Positions 28,121 through 36,813 of a DNA stretch of 64,000 bases are shown here, in pieces (position 1 is the stretch's first letter; each line of letters opens with the position of its first letter). Where the stretch lies: NCBI GenBank assembly GCA_934772045.1, contig CAKVMH010000004.1:7491-71490 (forward strand), written 5' to 3'. A program made the position numbers and the translations under genes. This stretch comes from an uncultured Clostridia bacterium. GTDB taxonomy: Bacteria; Bacillota; Clostridia; Christensenellales; UBA1242. Below the pieces are notes generated by a model. The model was not told the origin of the DNA, did no database searches, and saw nothing but the letters and a program-made list of their open reading frames with translations.

Positions 28121-28192
28121 CTACTGTATTTGACTGGTTGGAGTTATTCTAAATATAGTCCCACGCTGTTCATGGTGGGCGGCGTCAAAACG
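28121..28192 (-). pseudogene. Relic duplicate of the last 23 codons + stop of the MBL-fold hydrolase gene
   Basis: Translates RFDAAHHEQRGTIFRITPTSQIQ* versus the real RLDIAHHEQRGTIFRITPTSQKQ*. Offset is 199 bp. No start codon, and a stop lies a few codons upstream. Confidence 0.8.
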
Positions 28193-28319
28193 CTCACATT
28201 TGGTTAATTGCTAGTAAACAACGCAATTTACGCTTTATGTTCGGTTTTTCCTTAACCCCAACAAACAAAAATGTTTGATTGGGGACCCCAGTCGACATCA
28301 CCCGTCTTACTCCAATAAC

Positions 28320-29123
28320 TTATTGTTTTTGGCTAGTTGGAGTAATTCTAAATATGGTTCCACGCTGTTCATGGTGGGCGATGTCGAGACGGACATCGCG
28401 GTTTGGAACAATGTTTTTACTTTCCAAATAACTGGCAATTGTGTTGACTGCCAAATTGACAGTATTGCTATGTTCACTTATGTGGCTAAGCACAACTAAC
28501 CTTGTGCCTGTTGCCACTAGTTTTTCAATCGCTTTGGCACATTTTATGTTGCTTAAATGCCCATGCCCACCGCTTATGCGTCGTTTCAAAAATGGTGGAT
28601 AGCCAGGGTAGGATATAAGCATTTCAGGGTCGTAATTTGCTTCTAAATACACAAGCGCACTGGACTTAACAATCTCGAAAGTCTCATTTGAAAATTCACC
28701 TAAGTCAGTGCAAACTGAAACAACAGCGTCTTCTTCATTGACACGATAACCAACGCAGAATTTACTGTCGTGTGGTAAAGGGAAAGGTTGGATATGTAGG
28801 TCTAAAATATCAAAATCGGTGTCAAAGAAAATGAAATTATTTAAATCAACATGGATTTGATTTGGAAGAATTTCCTTTATTTGCGCGTGCGCGTATATTT
28901 TTGTATTGTATGCGCGCGCGAACTTTTCAACGCCTTTAATATGGTCGCTATGTTCATGAGTTATTAAAATTGCGTCAATACTCTCTGGTGCGACACCAAG
29001 GCTTGTAAGTGCGTTAACAGTGTATGAAAAAGGTTTGCCGTTGTCGATTAAGATTTTGGCATTTTTGCTTTCAATATATGTACAGTTTCCACTGCTTCCG
29101 CTTGCTAAATTACATATGCGCAT
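28320..29123 (-). CDS. MBL-fold metallo-hydrolase (YycJ/WalJ-like)
   Basis: MRICNLASGSSGNCTYIE N-terminus and HEHSDH (HxHxDH) motif. Confidence 0.88.
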   Translation of the reverse strand: MRICNLASGSSGNCTYIESKNAKILIDNGKPFSYTVNALTSLGVAPESIDAILITHEHSDHIKGVEKFARAYNTKIYAHAQIKEILPNQIHVDLNNFIFFDTDFDILDLHIQPFPLPHDSKFCVGYRVNEEDAVVSVCTDLGEFSNETFEIVKSSALVYLEANYDPEMLISYPGYPPFLKRRISGGHGHLSNIKCAKAIEKLVATGTRLVVLSHISEHSNTVNLAVNTIASYLESKNIVPNRDVRLDIAHHEQRGTIFRITPTSQKQ

Positions 29124-29129
29124 ACGCGC

Positions 29130-29158
29130 ATTTTAGCAGAATATAAAATTTTTTGCAA
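29130..29158 (-). promoter_or_regulatory. TTGCAA-17-TAAAAT promoter ending 6 nt before the ATG (leaderless geometry)
   Basis: -35 at 29153-29158 and -10 at 29130-29135 on the minus strand. No SD before the ATG at 29123. Confidence 0.55.
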
Positions 29159-29189
29159 CAAGTTGTTGGGGTGACTTAATATTTTCCTA

Positions 29190-29217
29190 TTGACAAATTA
29201 AGGTAAAGTGTTATAAT
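29190..29217 (+). promoter_or_regulatory. Sigma-A-type promoter TTGACA-16-TATAAT
   Basis: Hexamers at 29190-29195 and 29212-29217. Confidence 0.65.
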
Positions 29218-29243
29218 GAAATAAATTTATATGGAAGGTTCGT

Positions 29244-29639
29244 ATGGGGATAAACACAAATTCACACATTGACGATAGATACTTAAAGCCTTTAAAAAAA
29301 TTAGAAAAAGTTAAAACATTGTTAATTGAAACAAACAATAAGAACGAAATTCAAGCAATGATTGACTCGTTAAAGGGTCTTTCAGGTCTAATTCCAAAAG
29401 AAAAATACAATACATTGACGCAAATGATTGTTATTTTGCAAGATATGGAAAAGCAACAAAAGGACAAATGGTTTAAGTTGGACGGGGAGCTTTCTTTTGA
29501 AAATAGATTTTTTAGGCGAAGCGAATTAAAAAATAAATTAAAAAAACTTTCAAAATTGATTGTCGAATTAGGTAACGGCGTCGAAATGATGTACGACTTA
29601 AAAAGTCAAGAAAGTGAGTGTGCTGTGAAGTTATTTTAG
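29244..29639 (+). CDS. Small predicted helical protein, unknown function
   Basis: 131-aa ORF with SD GGAAGG and its own consensus promoter. Lys/Glu/Leu-rich. Confidence 0.7.
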   Translation: MGINTNSHIDDRYLKPLKKLEKVKTLLIETNNKNEIQAMIDSLKGLSGLIPKEKYNTLTQMIVILQDMEKQQKDKWFKLDGELSFENRFFRRSELKNKLKKLSKLIVELGNGVEMMYDLKSQESECAVKLF

Positions 29640-29669
29640 TTACAATTAATAAATGCTAAGGAGGTAAAT

Positions 29670-30122
29670 ATGGATTTTTATGCTTATATTGATTACATGA
29701 TTGTAAGAGAAGATGTGGATGAAAAAGTTAGGGATTTTTATAATATTTTTAGGTATGTGGCAAATTATTTAAGCGAAATTTTTAGTTCAAATGATGAAAC
29801 TTCTAGCGCAGATAATGAACTTTTATCCTTAAGAGTGTATGAAAACCTTATGTATATCGCAAAATCCGATTCTATTGCTGAAATTAAGGAATACATATTA
29901 ACATTGAAACTTTTGTTAGGGCAAATTAAAGATATACATAATCTAAAAGAACAAAATTTGGATATGCAAATTTGTGAGGCGAAGAATTTATTCGTTAAAC
30001 TTTCATTGATAATTAAACTTAAAAAAGAAAAGAAGTTTGGTAAACATTTAGACGAATTAGAAAAATTATGTCAAGACATGAATATGTTTGTTGACCCATA
30101 TTTAAATGCGTCAAAAGTTTAA
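29670..30122 (+). CDS. Small predicted helical protein, unknown function
   Basis: 150-aa ORF with strong SD AAGGAGG, 30 nt after the previous ORF. Confidence 0.75.
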   Translation: MDFYAYIDYMIVREDVDEKVRDFYNIFRYVANYLSEIFSSNDETSSADNELLSLRVYENLMYIAKSDSIAEIKEYILTLKLLLGQIKDIHNLKEQNLDMQICEAKNLFVKLSLIIKLKKEKKFGKHLDELEKLCQDMNMFVDPYLNASKV

Positions 30123-30187
30123 ATTTCGCATTTTAAATAAAAAACGTAATTAATTCAAAATTCGTGCCAACTTAAGTTATAAAATTA

Positions 30188-30215
30188 TTGACAATTTATC
30201 AATAAATGATATAAT
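30188..30215 (+). promoter_or_regulatory. Sigma-A-type promoter TTGACA-16-TATAAT with extended -10 TG
   Basis: Hexamers at 30188-30193 and 30210-30215, with TG at 30207-30208. Confidence 0.65.
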
Positions 30216-30237
30216 ACTTAAATTAATTGGAGAATTT

Positions 30238-30684
30238 ATGGCAAAGACAAAAAATAATGACAAGAATAGTGAATATGGATTGCAAAATACAATTGATGAA
30301 ATTGCTGAAAAAACATCTTTAATAATTGAATATTATCAAAATGTGGATAGAAGGACATCGTTGGGTAGGCAAGTTAAGGTTTTGGAAACAAACCTTCAAG
30401 CATTGCAAGAATCATGCACAGCAGATGCAAGTATAATGTGTAGTTTACAATTTGATAAAAGTTTAAAAGATATCAAATTAAACATTCAAAAAGAGGTTGA
30501 TGAAATGGCTGAAACAATTAAAAATAACAGCCCAACAATCTTTTCTAAAATGTCAATGAACAGGGCATTGAAAGATAAAAAGAATTTACTTGCTTTGGCT
30601 AAAAAGATAATTGAAGACAATGCAAAGTTTCGTGAGCTTTTAATTGCATGCGGTGCCGTTGCGGTACGTGGTAACAAAGATTAA
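30238..30684 (+). CDS. Small predicted helical protein, unknown function
   Basis: 148-aa ORF with SD GGAGAA, its own promoter and a terminator. Confidence 0.7.
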   Translation: MAKTKNNDKNSEYGLQNTIDEIAEKTSLIIEYYQNVDRRTSLGRQVKVLETNLQALQESCTADASIMCSLQFDKSLKDIKLNIQKEVDEMAETIKNNSPTIFSKMSMNRALKDKKNLLALAKKIIEDNAKFRELLIACGAVAVRGNKD

Positions 30685-30703
30685 ACATAGATATAATTAA
30701 GCA

Positions 30704-30729
30704 ATCGTCCACCTAGAAGGTGGATTTTT
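30704..30729 (+). terminator. Rho-independent terminator
   Basis: TCCACC-TAGAA-GGTGGATTTTT. Confidence 0.75.
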
Positions 30730-31073
30730 GCTATGGTTTATTTAGTGTGCGCAAAAAGTCGTTGAACAAAAATTTTAAATGCAAAATACATCTTTATTGT
30801 TTGTTGTGTTTCCTTTGACATTTTAATTATAATATTTTAAAATAAACAAAATAAAGGCAGGTGAAACATGAGCATAAAACTTTAAACTCAGGTTAAAATT
30901 TTAGGCAGATTTTAATTTTTTAATGGTTAAAAATATAACACATTTTTGATTGTGCAATTTTTGCAACGCGTCAAGGCGAGTTTTGTTTTTAAAGCAAATT
31001 AAACACAACCTTTTTTTGAGTATAACGGTGGCGGAAAGCCAAATTGCCTAAATTTATGTTTAAAGGAGAGTTT

Positions 31074-32153
31074 ATGTTTGATAACACAATAAAGAAAATT
31101 AAAAAGGCATATTTAGTTTGTGCATATGCCGATATGTTAGACGCGGAACACCGTGCAAAAGAATTGGAACTTTTAACCAAAAGCGCACTATACGAGATTG
31201 TTAAGTGCAACATTTTCCAACCAAAAGAGTTGAATGCGCGCACATATTTTGGCAGTGGCAAGGCTGAAGAAATACGCGACGAGTTGGCAAGTTTAGGTGC
31301 AGATATTGTCATTTTGGATTGCCCACTTACAGGTTCACAGTTACGCAATTTAGGCGAAATTTTTGACGTTGAAACAATCGACCGCACTATGCTCATTTTG
31401 GACATTTTTGCAGGGCGTGCGAAATCAAGTGAAGGTAAATTGCAAGTTGAACTTGCACAACTTAAATATAGTTTGCCAAGGCTCAGTTGCTTGGAACTTA
31501 ATGCAGAGCGTCAAATGGGCAAAGGCGCGGGCGAAAAATTGAAAGATTTAAGCAAACGCAAAATTCAAGAAGATATCGCAAGGCTTGAAAAGGAAATAAA
31601 GGACATTCAAAAGAACCGCCAAACACAGCGTAAACAACGCCTTTCACGCATGAGAAGTGTGGCACTTGTTGGATACACAAATGCTGGTAAATCTACACTG
31701 ATGAACGCAATTGCAAAGGCCGGCACATACGCAGATGATAGGCTTTTTGCAACCCTTGATGTACTCACCAAAAAAGTGTGGGACGCAGGTGTTGAGTATG
31801 TTTTAATTGATACTGTAGGTTTTGTAAGCAACCTTCCACATGAATTAATGTACGCCTTTTCAGCGACACTGGAAGAAACAATGGACGCTAACGTCTTGTT
31901 GCTTGTTGTGGATGCAAGCGACCCACATAAATACGACCAAATTTCAGTTGTGGAACGTGAATTTAACCGCCTAGGGGTCGACCCAAACCGCATTATTTTA
32001 GTTTATAATAAGGCTGATAAACTTAACAACGCTGAAATACAGCAACTTAAATCCTATCCATACGACACATGTTACATCGGCGCAAAAACTGGCAAAAACA
32101 TTGTTCAGTTAAAGCAAATGATTATTGAAAAGTTGCAATCTTTCAGTTTTTAA
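31074..32153 (+). CDS. hflX: GTPase HflX
   Basis: Start at MFDNTIKK (SD AAAGGAG). GYTNAGKSTLMNA (G1), DTVGF (G3), NKAD (G4), and an HflX N-terminal domain pattern. Confidence 0.9.
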   Translation: MFDNTIKKIKKAYLVCAYADMLDAEHRAKELELLTKSALYEIVKCNIFQPKELNARTYFGSGKAEEIRDELASLGADIVILDCPLTGSQLRNLGEIFDVETIDRTMLILDIFAGRAKSSEGKLQVELAQLKYSLPRLSCLELNAERQMGKGAGEKLKDLSKRKIQEDIARLEKEIKDIQKNRQTQRKQRLSRMRSVALVGYTNAGKSTLMNAIAKAGTYADDRLFATLDVLTKKVWDAGVEYVLIDTVGFVSNLPHELMYAFSATLEETMDANVLLLVVDASDPHKYDQISVVEREFNRLGVDPNRIILVYNKADKLNNAEIQQLKSYPYDTCYIGAKTGKNIVQLKQMIIEKLQSFSF

Positions 32154-32202
32154 ATTAAAATTGTAAAAGAGGAATAAATAATTTAAAACATTAATATATT
32201 AA

Positions 32203-32238
32203 AAGTTTACGGAAATTTGTTTTTTCCGTAACTTTTTA
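32203..32238 (+). terminator. Rho-independent terminator
   Basis: AGTTTACGGA-(loop)-TCCGTAACTTTTT. Confidence 0.7.
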
Positions 32239-32333
32239 TTGTGCGACTGCGTACTATGTAGTATACAAAGGAAATTAAGGCACTTAAGAAACACTTTGTA
32301 AATACATAACAATTAAACACAATAGGAGGAACT

Positions 32334-32540
32334 ATGTTCAACAAATTCTTTGGTGGCAACGATTGCGGTTGCAATGAAGGCATGAACACTGGGTGTGGCG
32401 ATTGCGCTTGGATCATTATCCTTATTTTACTCATCTGCAATTGCGGTTGCAAAATTGACCCATGCTTGCTTATAATCATTTTGTTGTTGCTCTGTGGCTG
32501 TGGTTGCGGTGGCAAGAACACAGGCTGTGGTGGTTGCTAG
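32334..32540 (+). CDS. Tiny Cys/Gly-rich hydrophobic peptide (16 Cys of 68 aa; possibly related to the YjcZ-like tiny-TM family)
   Basis: Strong SD AGGAGGA. Two modules of CGC/GCG-rich stretch plus IIILILL/IIILLLL hydrophobic core. Confidence 0.65.
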   Translation: MFNKFFGGNDCGCNEGMNTGCGDCAWIIILILLICNCGCKIDPCLLIIILLLLCGCGCGGKNTGCGGC

Positions 32541-32711
32541 GAATTGCCACGCCTAAAACTAAAATTTGCCAAGGCATTGGCAAATGTAAACCCTTAGGCG
32601 GGCAATTCCTGCTAACAAGGGACACCACTTAACGTGTTTTCCCTTGTTTATCCTTTCCGAATTAAATAGGATACGGTTGAAAATGCCACGCCTAAAACTA
32701 AAATTTGCCAA
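32541..32711 (+). repeat. Structured 3' region: long imperfect hairpin plus a 28-nt exact direct repeat 139 bp apart
   Basis: GGAATTGCCACGCCTAA...TTAGGCGGGCAATTCC (32540-32601) with inner TTGCCAAGGCATTGGCAA. TGCCACGCCTAAAACTAAAATTTGCCAA at 32545-32572 and 32684-32711. Confidence 0.8.
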
Positions 32712-32765
32712 ACAAAAGTTTGGTGAAGCACAAAAGAAAAATTAAAATAACAGTGGTTTAATGTG

Positions 32766-32791
32766 AAAGGGGCGAAGTAACGCCCCTTTTT
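32766..32791 (+). terminator. Rho-independent terminator
   Basis: AGGGGCG-AAGTAA-CGCCCCTTTTT. Confidence 0.85.
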
Positions 32792-32886
32792 ATAGTTGTA
32801 GGCTAAAAAGTAGTAAATTGATGTTTAAAATTAAGGATTTGGGCAAAAATTTCTTAAAATTTTGTTAAATTTCGATATAAAATCTA

Positions 32887-32915
32887 TTGACATAACTTGT
32901 ACATTGTGTTAAAAT
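32887..32915 (+). promoter_or_regulatory. Sigma-A-type promoter TTGACA-17-TAAAAT (extended -10 TG) for rpoBC
   Basis: Hexamers at 32887-32892 and 32910-32915, ~95-nt leader before rpoB. Confidence 0.6.
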
Positions 32916-33009
32916 CGGTCAGTATGAATAATGCTCGCTAAGGGTTACCTTAAAGTTTATACTAAAGTATAAATATGGCGGGTTTTACAACTGAATAAGG
33001 AGTTAATGG

Positions 33010-36000
33010 ATGAATTCAAACACACTGAACATCAAAAAACTAAAACAAGGCAAGGCTGAACGCATGAGTTTTGCCAAAAAAGAAATCCCTTATGTTATGC
33101 CAGATTTGCTTAGCATTGCAAAAGAGAGTTACGAAAATTTCTTAAATGAGGGCATTGGTGAAGTGTTGAACGAATACAACCCTATCATAGACTACTCGAA
33201 CAAAGCCGAGTTGTCTTTTTTAGGTTATTCTATCGACCGCACACCAAAGTATTCATGGAACGAATGTAAAACTAAACAAATGAGCTACACAGTTCCACTT
33301 AAAGTCAATGTCCGTTTGCTTGTTAAGGAAACTGGTCAAATTATGGACCAAGAAGTGTTCATGGGCGACATTCCTTTCATGAGCAAAGACGCTGGCTTCA
33401 TCTGTAACGGTGTTGAAAGGGTTGTTTTGAACCAGTTAGTTAAGTCACCTGGTGTTATTTTTGGTGGTGAAGTTAACAAGTACGGCCGTATGGATTACAA
33501 TGGCGCAATCCAACCAAGTTACGGTATGTGGGTTCAAACTGAACAAGTTACTGGCGACATGCTCCGCGTCATTGTTGAGCGTAAGTTTAAAATGAGCGCA
33601 GGCGTTTTGCTTAAATGTTTCGGTTACACAAATGAAGAATTGCTTAACATTTTTGATAATCATCCATACATTGTAAACACACTTGAAAAAGAACCACAAA
33701 TCACACAAGAAGATGCACTTATCGAATTTGGCAGGCGCACTCGTCCGGGTGAAATTCCAAACCCAGACAACACTTTAAGTTATATCAACGACCGTTTCTT
33801 CAATCAACAACATTACAACCTTGAAAAAGTTGGTCGTTTTAAAGTTAACAAAAAATTGTCACTTGCAAACCGTATCACTGACCAAATTTCAGCAAGCGAA
33901 GTTAAACTTGGCAAAAAAGTTTTTGTTGGTGCTGGTGAATATATCGACCACGACACCGCAGTTGCAATCCAAAACGCAGGTATCAACTCAGTTGATGTTA
34001 TGGTTGAAGATAAAAAAGTGCGCGTTGTTGGTAATGCTCGTGTTGATCTTAAAGCATATGCAAAACTTGACCCAGCTGAATTTGGCATAACTGAACTTGT
34101 TTACCTTCCATTGTTGCAAGAACTTATGAAAGCAAACAAGGGTGATGAAGAAGGTTTGAAGCAAGCAATCAAAGCAAACGCACACAAACTTGAAGATTAT
34201 CAAGTTACATTAGACGATATGATTGCAACAATCAGTTACCACTTGAATCTTATCGACGGTTTGGGCGAAACTGACGAAATTGATAACTTGTCAATGCGTC
34301 GTGTTGCTACATGTGGCGAATTGCTTAGGGACGAATTCCGTCGCGGTATGACAAAACTTCAAGCACAAGTGCGTGAAAGTTTGCAAAGCCGTGATTTAAC
34401 AGACATCACACCAAGCCAAATTGTAAATGCTCGTCACATCAACAAAGTGTTTAAAGAATTTATGGCAACCAGCCAACTTTCAGCTTTGATGGACCAAATC
34501 AACCCAGCTGCAAGTTTAAGGCATAAACGTCGTTTGAGCTCATTCGGCCCAGGCGGTGTTAAGAAAGAACGTGCAACAGTTGAAGTGCGTGATATTAACC
34601 CAAGCCATTACGGTCGTATCTGTTTGGTTGAAACACCAGAAGGTCAACCTATCGGTTTGATGACATCTATCGCTGCTTATGCGCGCGTTAATAAATATGG
34701 GTTTATTGAAACTCCATTTAGGAAAATTGACCCTAAAACTAAAAAAATTACTGACGAAATCGTGTTCTTAATGGCGGACGAAGAAAGGGGACACTACATT
34801 GCACAAGCAACAGCAGATTTAAATGAAGATAAAACACTTAAAGAAGGCATGATTGCTTGCCGTTATAATGGTCAAGCTGAACGCGTTAACAGCCAAATGG
34901 TTGACTTAATCGAACTCAGCCCAAAACAATGTTTGTCAATTGGTGCAAGCCTTATTCCTTTCTTTGAACACAGCGCAGGTAACCGTGCGTTGATGGGTTG
35001 TAACATGCAATGTCAGGCAGTTCCACTTATTAAAACTGACAGCCCAATAGTTGGTACTGGTGTGGAACATAAAATTGCAGTTGACTCTGGTGCACTTATT
35101 CTTGCTGAACAAGACGGTGTTTGCAAATATGTTTCTGCTGACTATATCACAATGGAATACGCAGACGGTAGCATTGTAAACCACAATCTCCGCAAATTTG
35201 AGCGTACAAACGAAAAAGCATGCTTCAACCAAAAACCTATCGTTAAGAAAGGTGAAAAGGTTAAAGCTGGTGATGTGCTTGCTGATGGCGCTTCAACAGA
35301 TAAAGGTGAAGTGGCACTTGGTAAAAACATGACTGTTGCATTCATGAACTGGGAAGGGTATAACTTCGAAGACGCTATTTTGATTAACCAACGCGTAGTT
35401 CGTGAAGACGCTTATACATCTATTAGTATTCAACAAGTTAAAACAGAGGCCCGCACAACAAAACTTGGCGATGAAGAAATCACACGCGACATCGCAGGTG
35501 TTGGCGAAGACGCTTTGAAGAACTTGGACGAAAATGGTATCGTGCGCGTGGGCACAGAAGTGCGCGTGGGCGACATATTGGTTGGTAAAGTTACACCTAA
35601 GGGTGAAACTGACTTGACCCCTGAAGAAAGGCTTTTAAAAGCAATCTTCGGTGAAAAAACAAAAGAAGTTAAAAACACATCTCTCAAAGTTAAACATGGT
35701 GAAGAAGGTGTGGTTGTTGGCATTGAAATTTTGTCACGCAAAAACAAGGACGAACTTGACGCTGGCGTTAATATGTGCGTAAAAGTTTACATCGCACAAA
35801 AACGTGTGCTTCAAGTGGGCGATAAACTTGCTGGTCGTTATGGTAACAAAGGTGTTGTATCAGTTGTTTTACCTGAATGCGATATGCCTTATATGCCAAA
35901 CGGCGAAACAGTTGATATCTTGCTTAACCCATTAGGTATTCCATCTCGTATGAACTTGAGTCAATTGTTGGAAGTTCACTTGGGTTGGGCTGCAAAACAC

Positions 36001-36684
36001 CTTGATTGGAAGGTTGCAACCCCAGCATTTGATGGTGCATCTGAAGAAGATATAAAAGCATTGCTCCGTGAAAACAATTTGCCAGAAGACGGCAAAATGC
36101 AACTTTACGACGGACGTACAGGCTTACCATTTGATAACAAAACAACAGTTGGTGTTATGTACATGCTTAAACTTGATCATATGGTGGACGACAAAATCCA
36201 CGCACGTGGCATTGGTCCTTATGCACTTATCACACAACAACCACTCGGTGGTCGTAGCCAACTTGGTGGTCAACGTTTCGGTGAAATGGAAGTTTGGGCA
36301 TTGGAAGCATATGGTGCATCAAGGTTGTTGCAAGAAATGCTTACAATTAAATCAGACGATGTGGAAGGGCGTATTAAAACCTATGAAGCAATCGTTAAAG
36401 GTGAACCTATCCCAGAACCTGGCATGCCTGAATCATTCAAAGTTTTGGTTAAGGAAATGCAAGGTTTGTGCTTAGACGTTAAGATTTTAACTGCTGATAA
36501 CCACGAACTTACAATTAACGAAGTAAGTGAAGAAGGTGAAGAAGTTGCAACTGTTGAACCAGTTAATAAACAAGCCCTTGAAGACATCACACTTGAATTT
36601 GACGACATGCAAAAGAATTATGAAAACGATGTAAATACAACCGCATTTGACGAGTCTGAATTGTTTGACGACTTAGACGAGTAG
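33010..36684 (+). CDS. rpoB: DNA-directed RNA polymerase subunit beta
   Basis: 1224 aa with conserved beta motifs (e.g. GRYGNKGVVS, LGIPSRMN, QRFGEMEVWALEAYGA). Confidence 0.98.
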   Translation: MNSNTLNIKKLKQGKAERMSFAKKEIPYVMPDLLSIAKESYENFLNEGIGEVLNEYNPIIDYSNKAELSFLGYSIDRTPKYSWNECKTKQMSYTVPLKVNVRLLVKETGQIMDQEVFMGDIPFMSKDAGFICNGVERVVLNQLVKSPGVIFGGEVNKYGRMDYNGAIQPSYGMWVQTEQVTGDMLRVIVERKFKMSAGVLLKCFGYTNEELLNIFDNHPYIVNTLEKEPQITQEDALIEFGRRTRPGEIPNPDNTLSYINDRFFNQQHYNLEKVGRFKVNKKLSLANRITDQISASEVKLGKKVFVGAGEYIDHDTAVAIQNAGINSVDVMVEDKKVRVVGNARVDLKAYAKLDPAEFGITELVYLPLLQELMKANKGDEEGLKQAIKANAHKLEDYQVTLDDMIATISYHLNLIDGLGETDEIDNLSMRRVATCGELLRDEFRRGMTKLQAQVRESLQSRDLTDITPSQIVNARHINKVFKEFMATSQLSALMDQINPAASLRHKRRLSSFGPGGVKKERATVEVRDINPSHYGRICLVETPEGQPIGLMTSIAAYARVNKYGFIETPFRKIDPKTKKITDEIVFLMADEERGHYIAQATADLNEDKTLKEGMIACRYNGQAERVNSQMVDLIELSPKQCLSIGASLIPFFEHSAGNRALMGCNMQCQAVPLIKTDSPIVGTGVEHKIAVDSGALILAEQDGVCKYVSADYITMEYADGSIVNHNLRKFERTNEKACFNQKPIVKKGEKVKAGDVLADGASTDKGEVALGKNMTVAFMNWEGYNFEDAILINQRVVREDAYTSISIQQVKTEARTTKLGDEEITRDIAGVGEDALKNLDENGIVRVGTEVRVGDILVGKVTPKGETDLTPEERLLKAIFGEKTKEVKNTSLKVKHGEEGVVVGIEILSRKNKDELDAGVNMCVKVYIAQKRVLQVGDKLAGRYGNKGVVSVVLPECDMPYMPNGETVDILLNPLGIPSRMNLSQLLEVHLGWAAKHLDWKVATPAFDGASEEDIKALLRENNLPEDGKMQLYDGRTGLPFDNKTTVGVMYMLKLDHMVDDKIHARGIGPYALITQQPLGGRSQLGGQRFGEMEVWALEAYGASRLLQEMLTIKSDDVEGRIKTYEAIVKGEPIPEPGMPESFKVLVKEMQGLCLDVKILTADNHELTINEVSEEGEEVATVEPVNKQALEDITLEFDDMQKNYENDVNTTAFDESELFDDLDE

Positions 36685-36768
36685 AAAATCTATTCACAAT
36701 TCAGCGAATCCAGGGTTTTGCAATAAAACCCTGTCGAACTGAATTGTTTGACGACTTAGACGAGTAGA
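36656..36768 (+). repeat. 83-bp near-tandem duplication carrying the rpoB 3' end (last 8 codons + TAG)
   Basis: 30-nt exact CTGAATTGTTTGACGACTTAGACGAGTAGA at 36656-36685 and 36739-36768. Between the copies is the hairpin CAGGGTTTT-GCAAT-AAAACCCTG. Confidence 0.9.
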
Positions 36769-36813
36769 TTTTAACAAAACAAACAGCAATTTAGAGAGAT
36801 TAAGGAGAATACA

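Noticed and set aside
28275-28499. Plus-strand 74-aa ORF overlapping the 3' end of the MBL hydrolase gene, and ORF 24554-24760 overlapping tRNA-Ile
   Set aside because: They overlap better-supported features on the opposite strand and have no SD.
32334-32540. Cys-rich peptide as a RiPP precursor (SCIFF, sactipeptide or ranthipeptide type)
   Set aside because: No radical-SAM maturase, protease or exporter gene is adjacent. The neighbours are hflX and rpoB. The two aliphatic cores look like membrane segments rather than a leader/core design.
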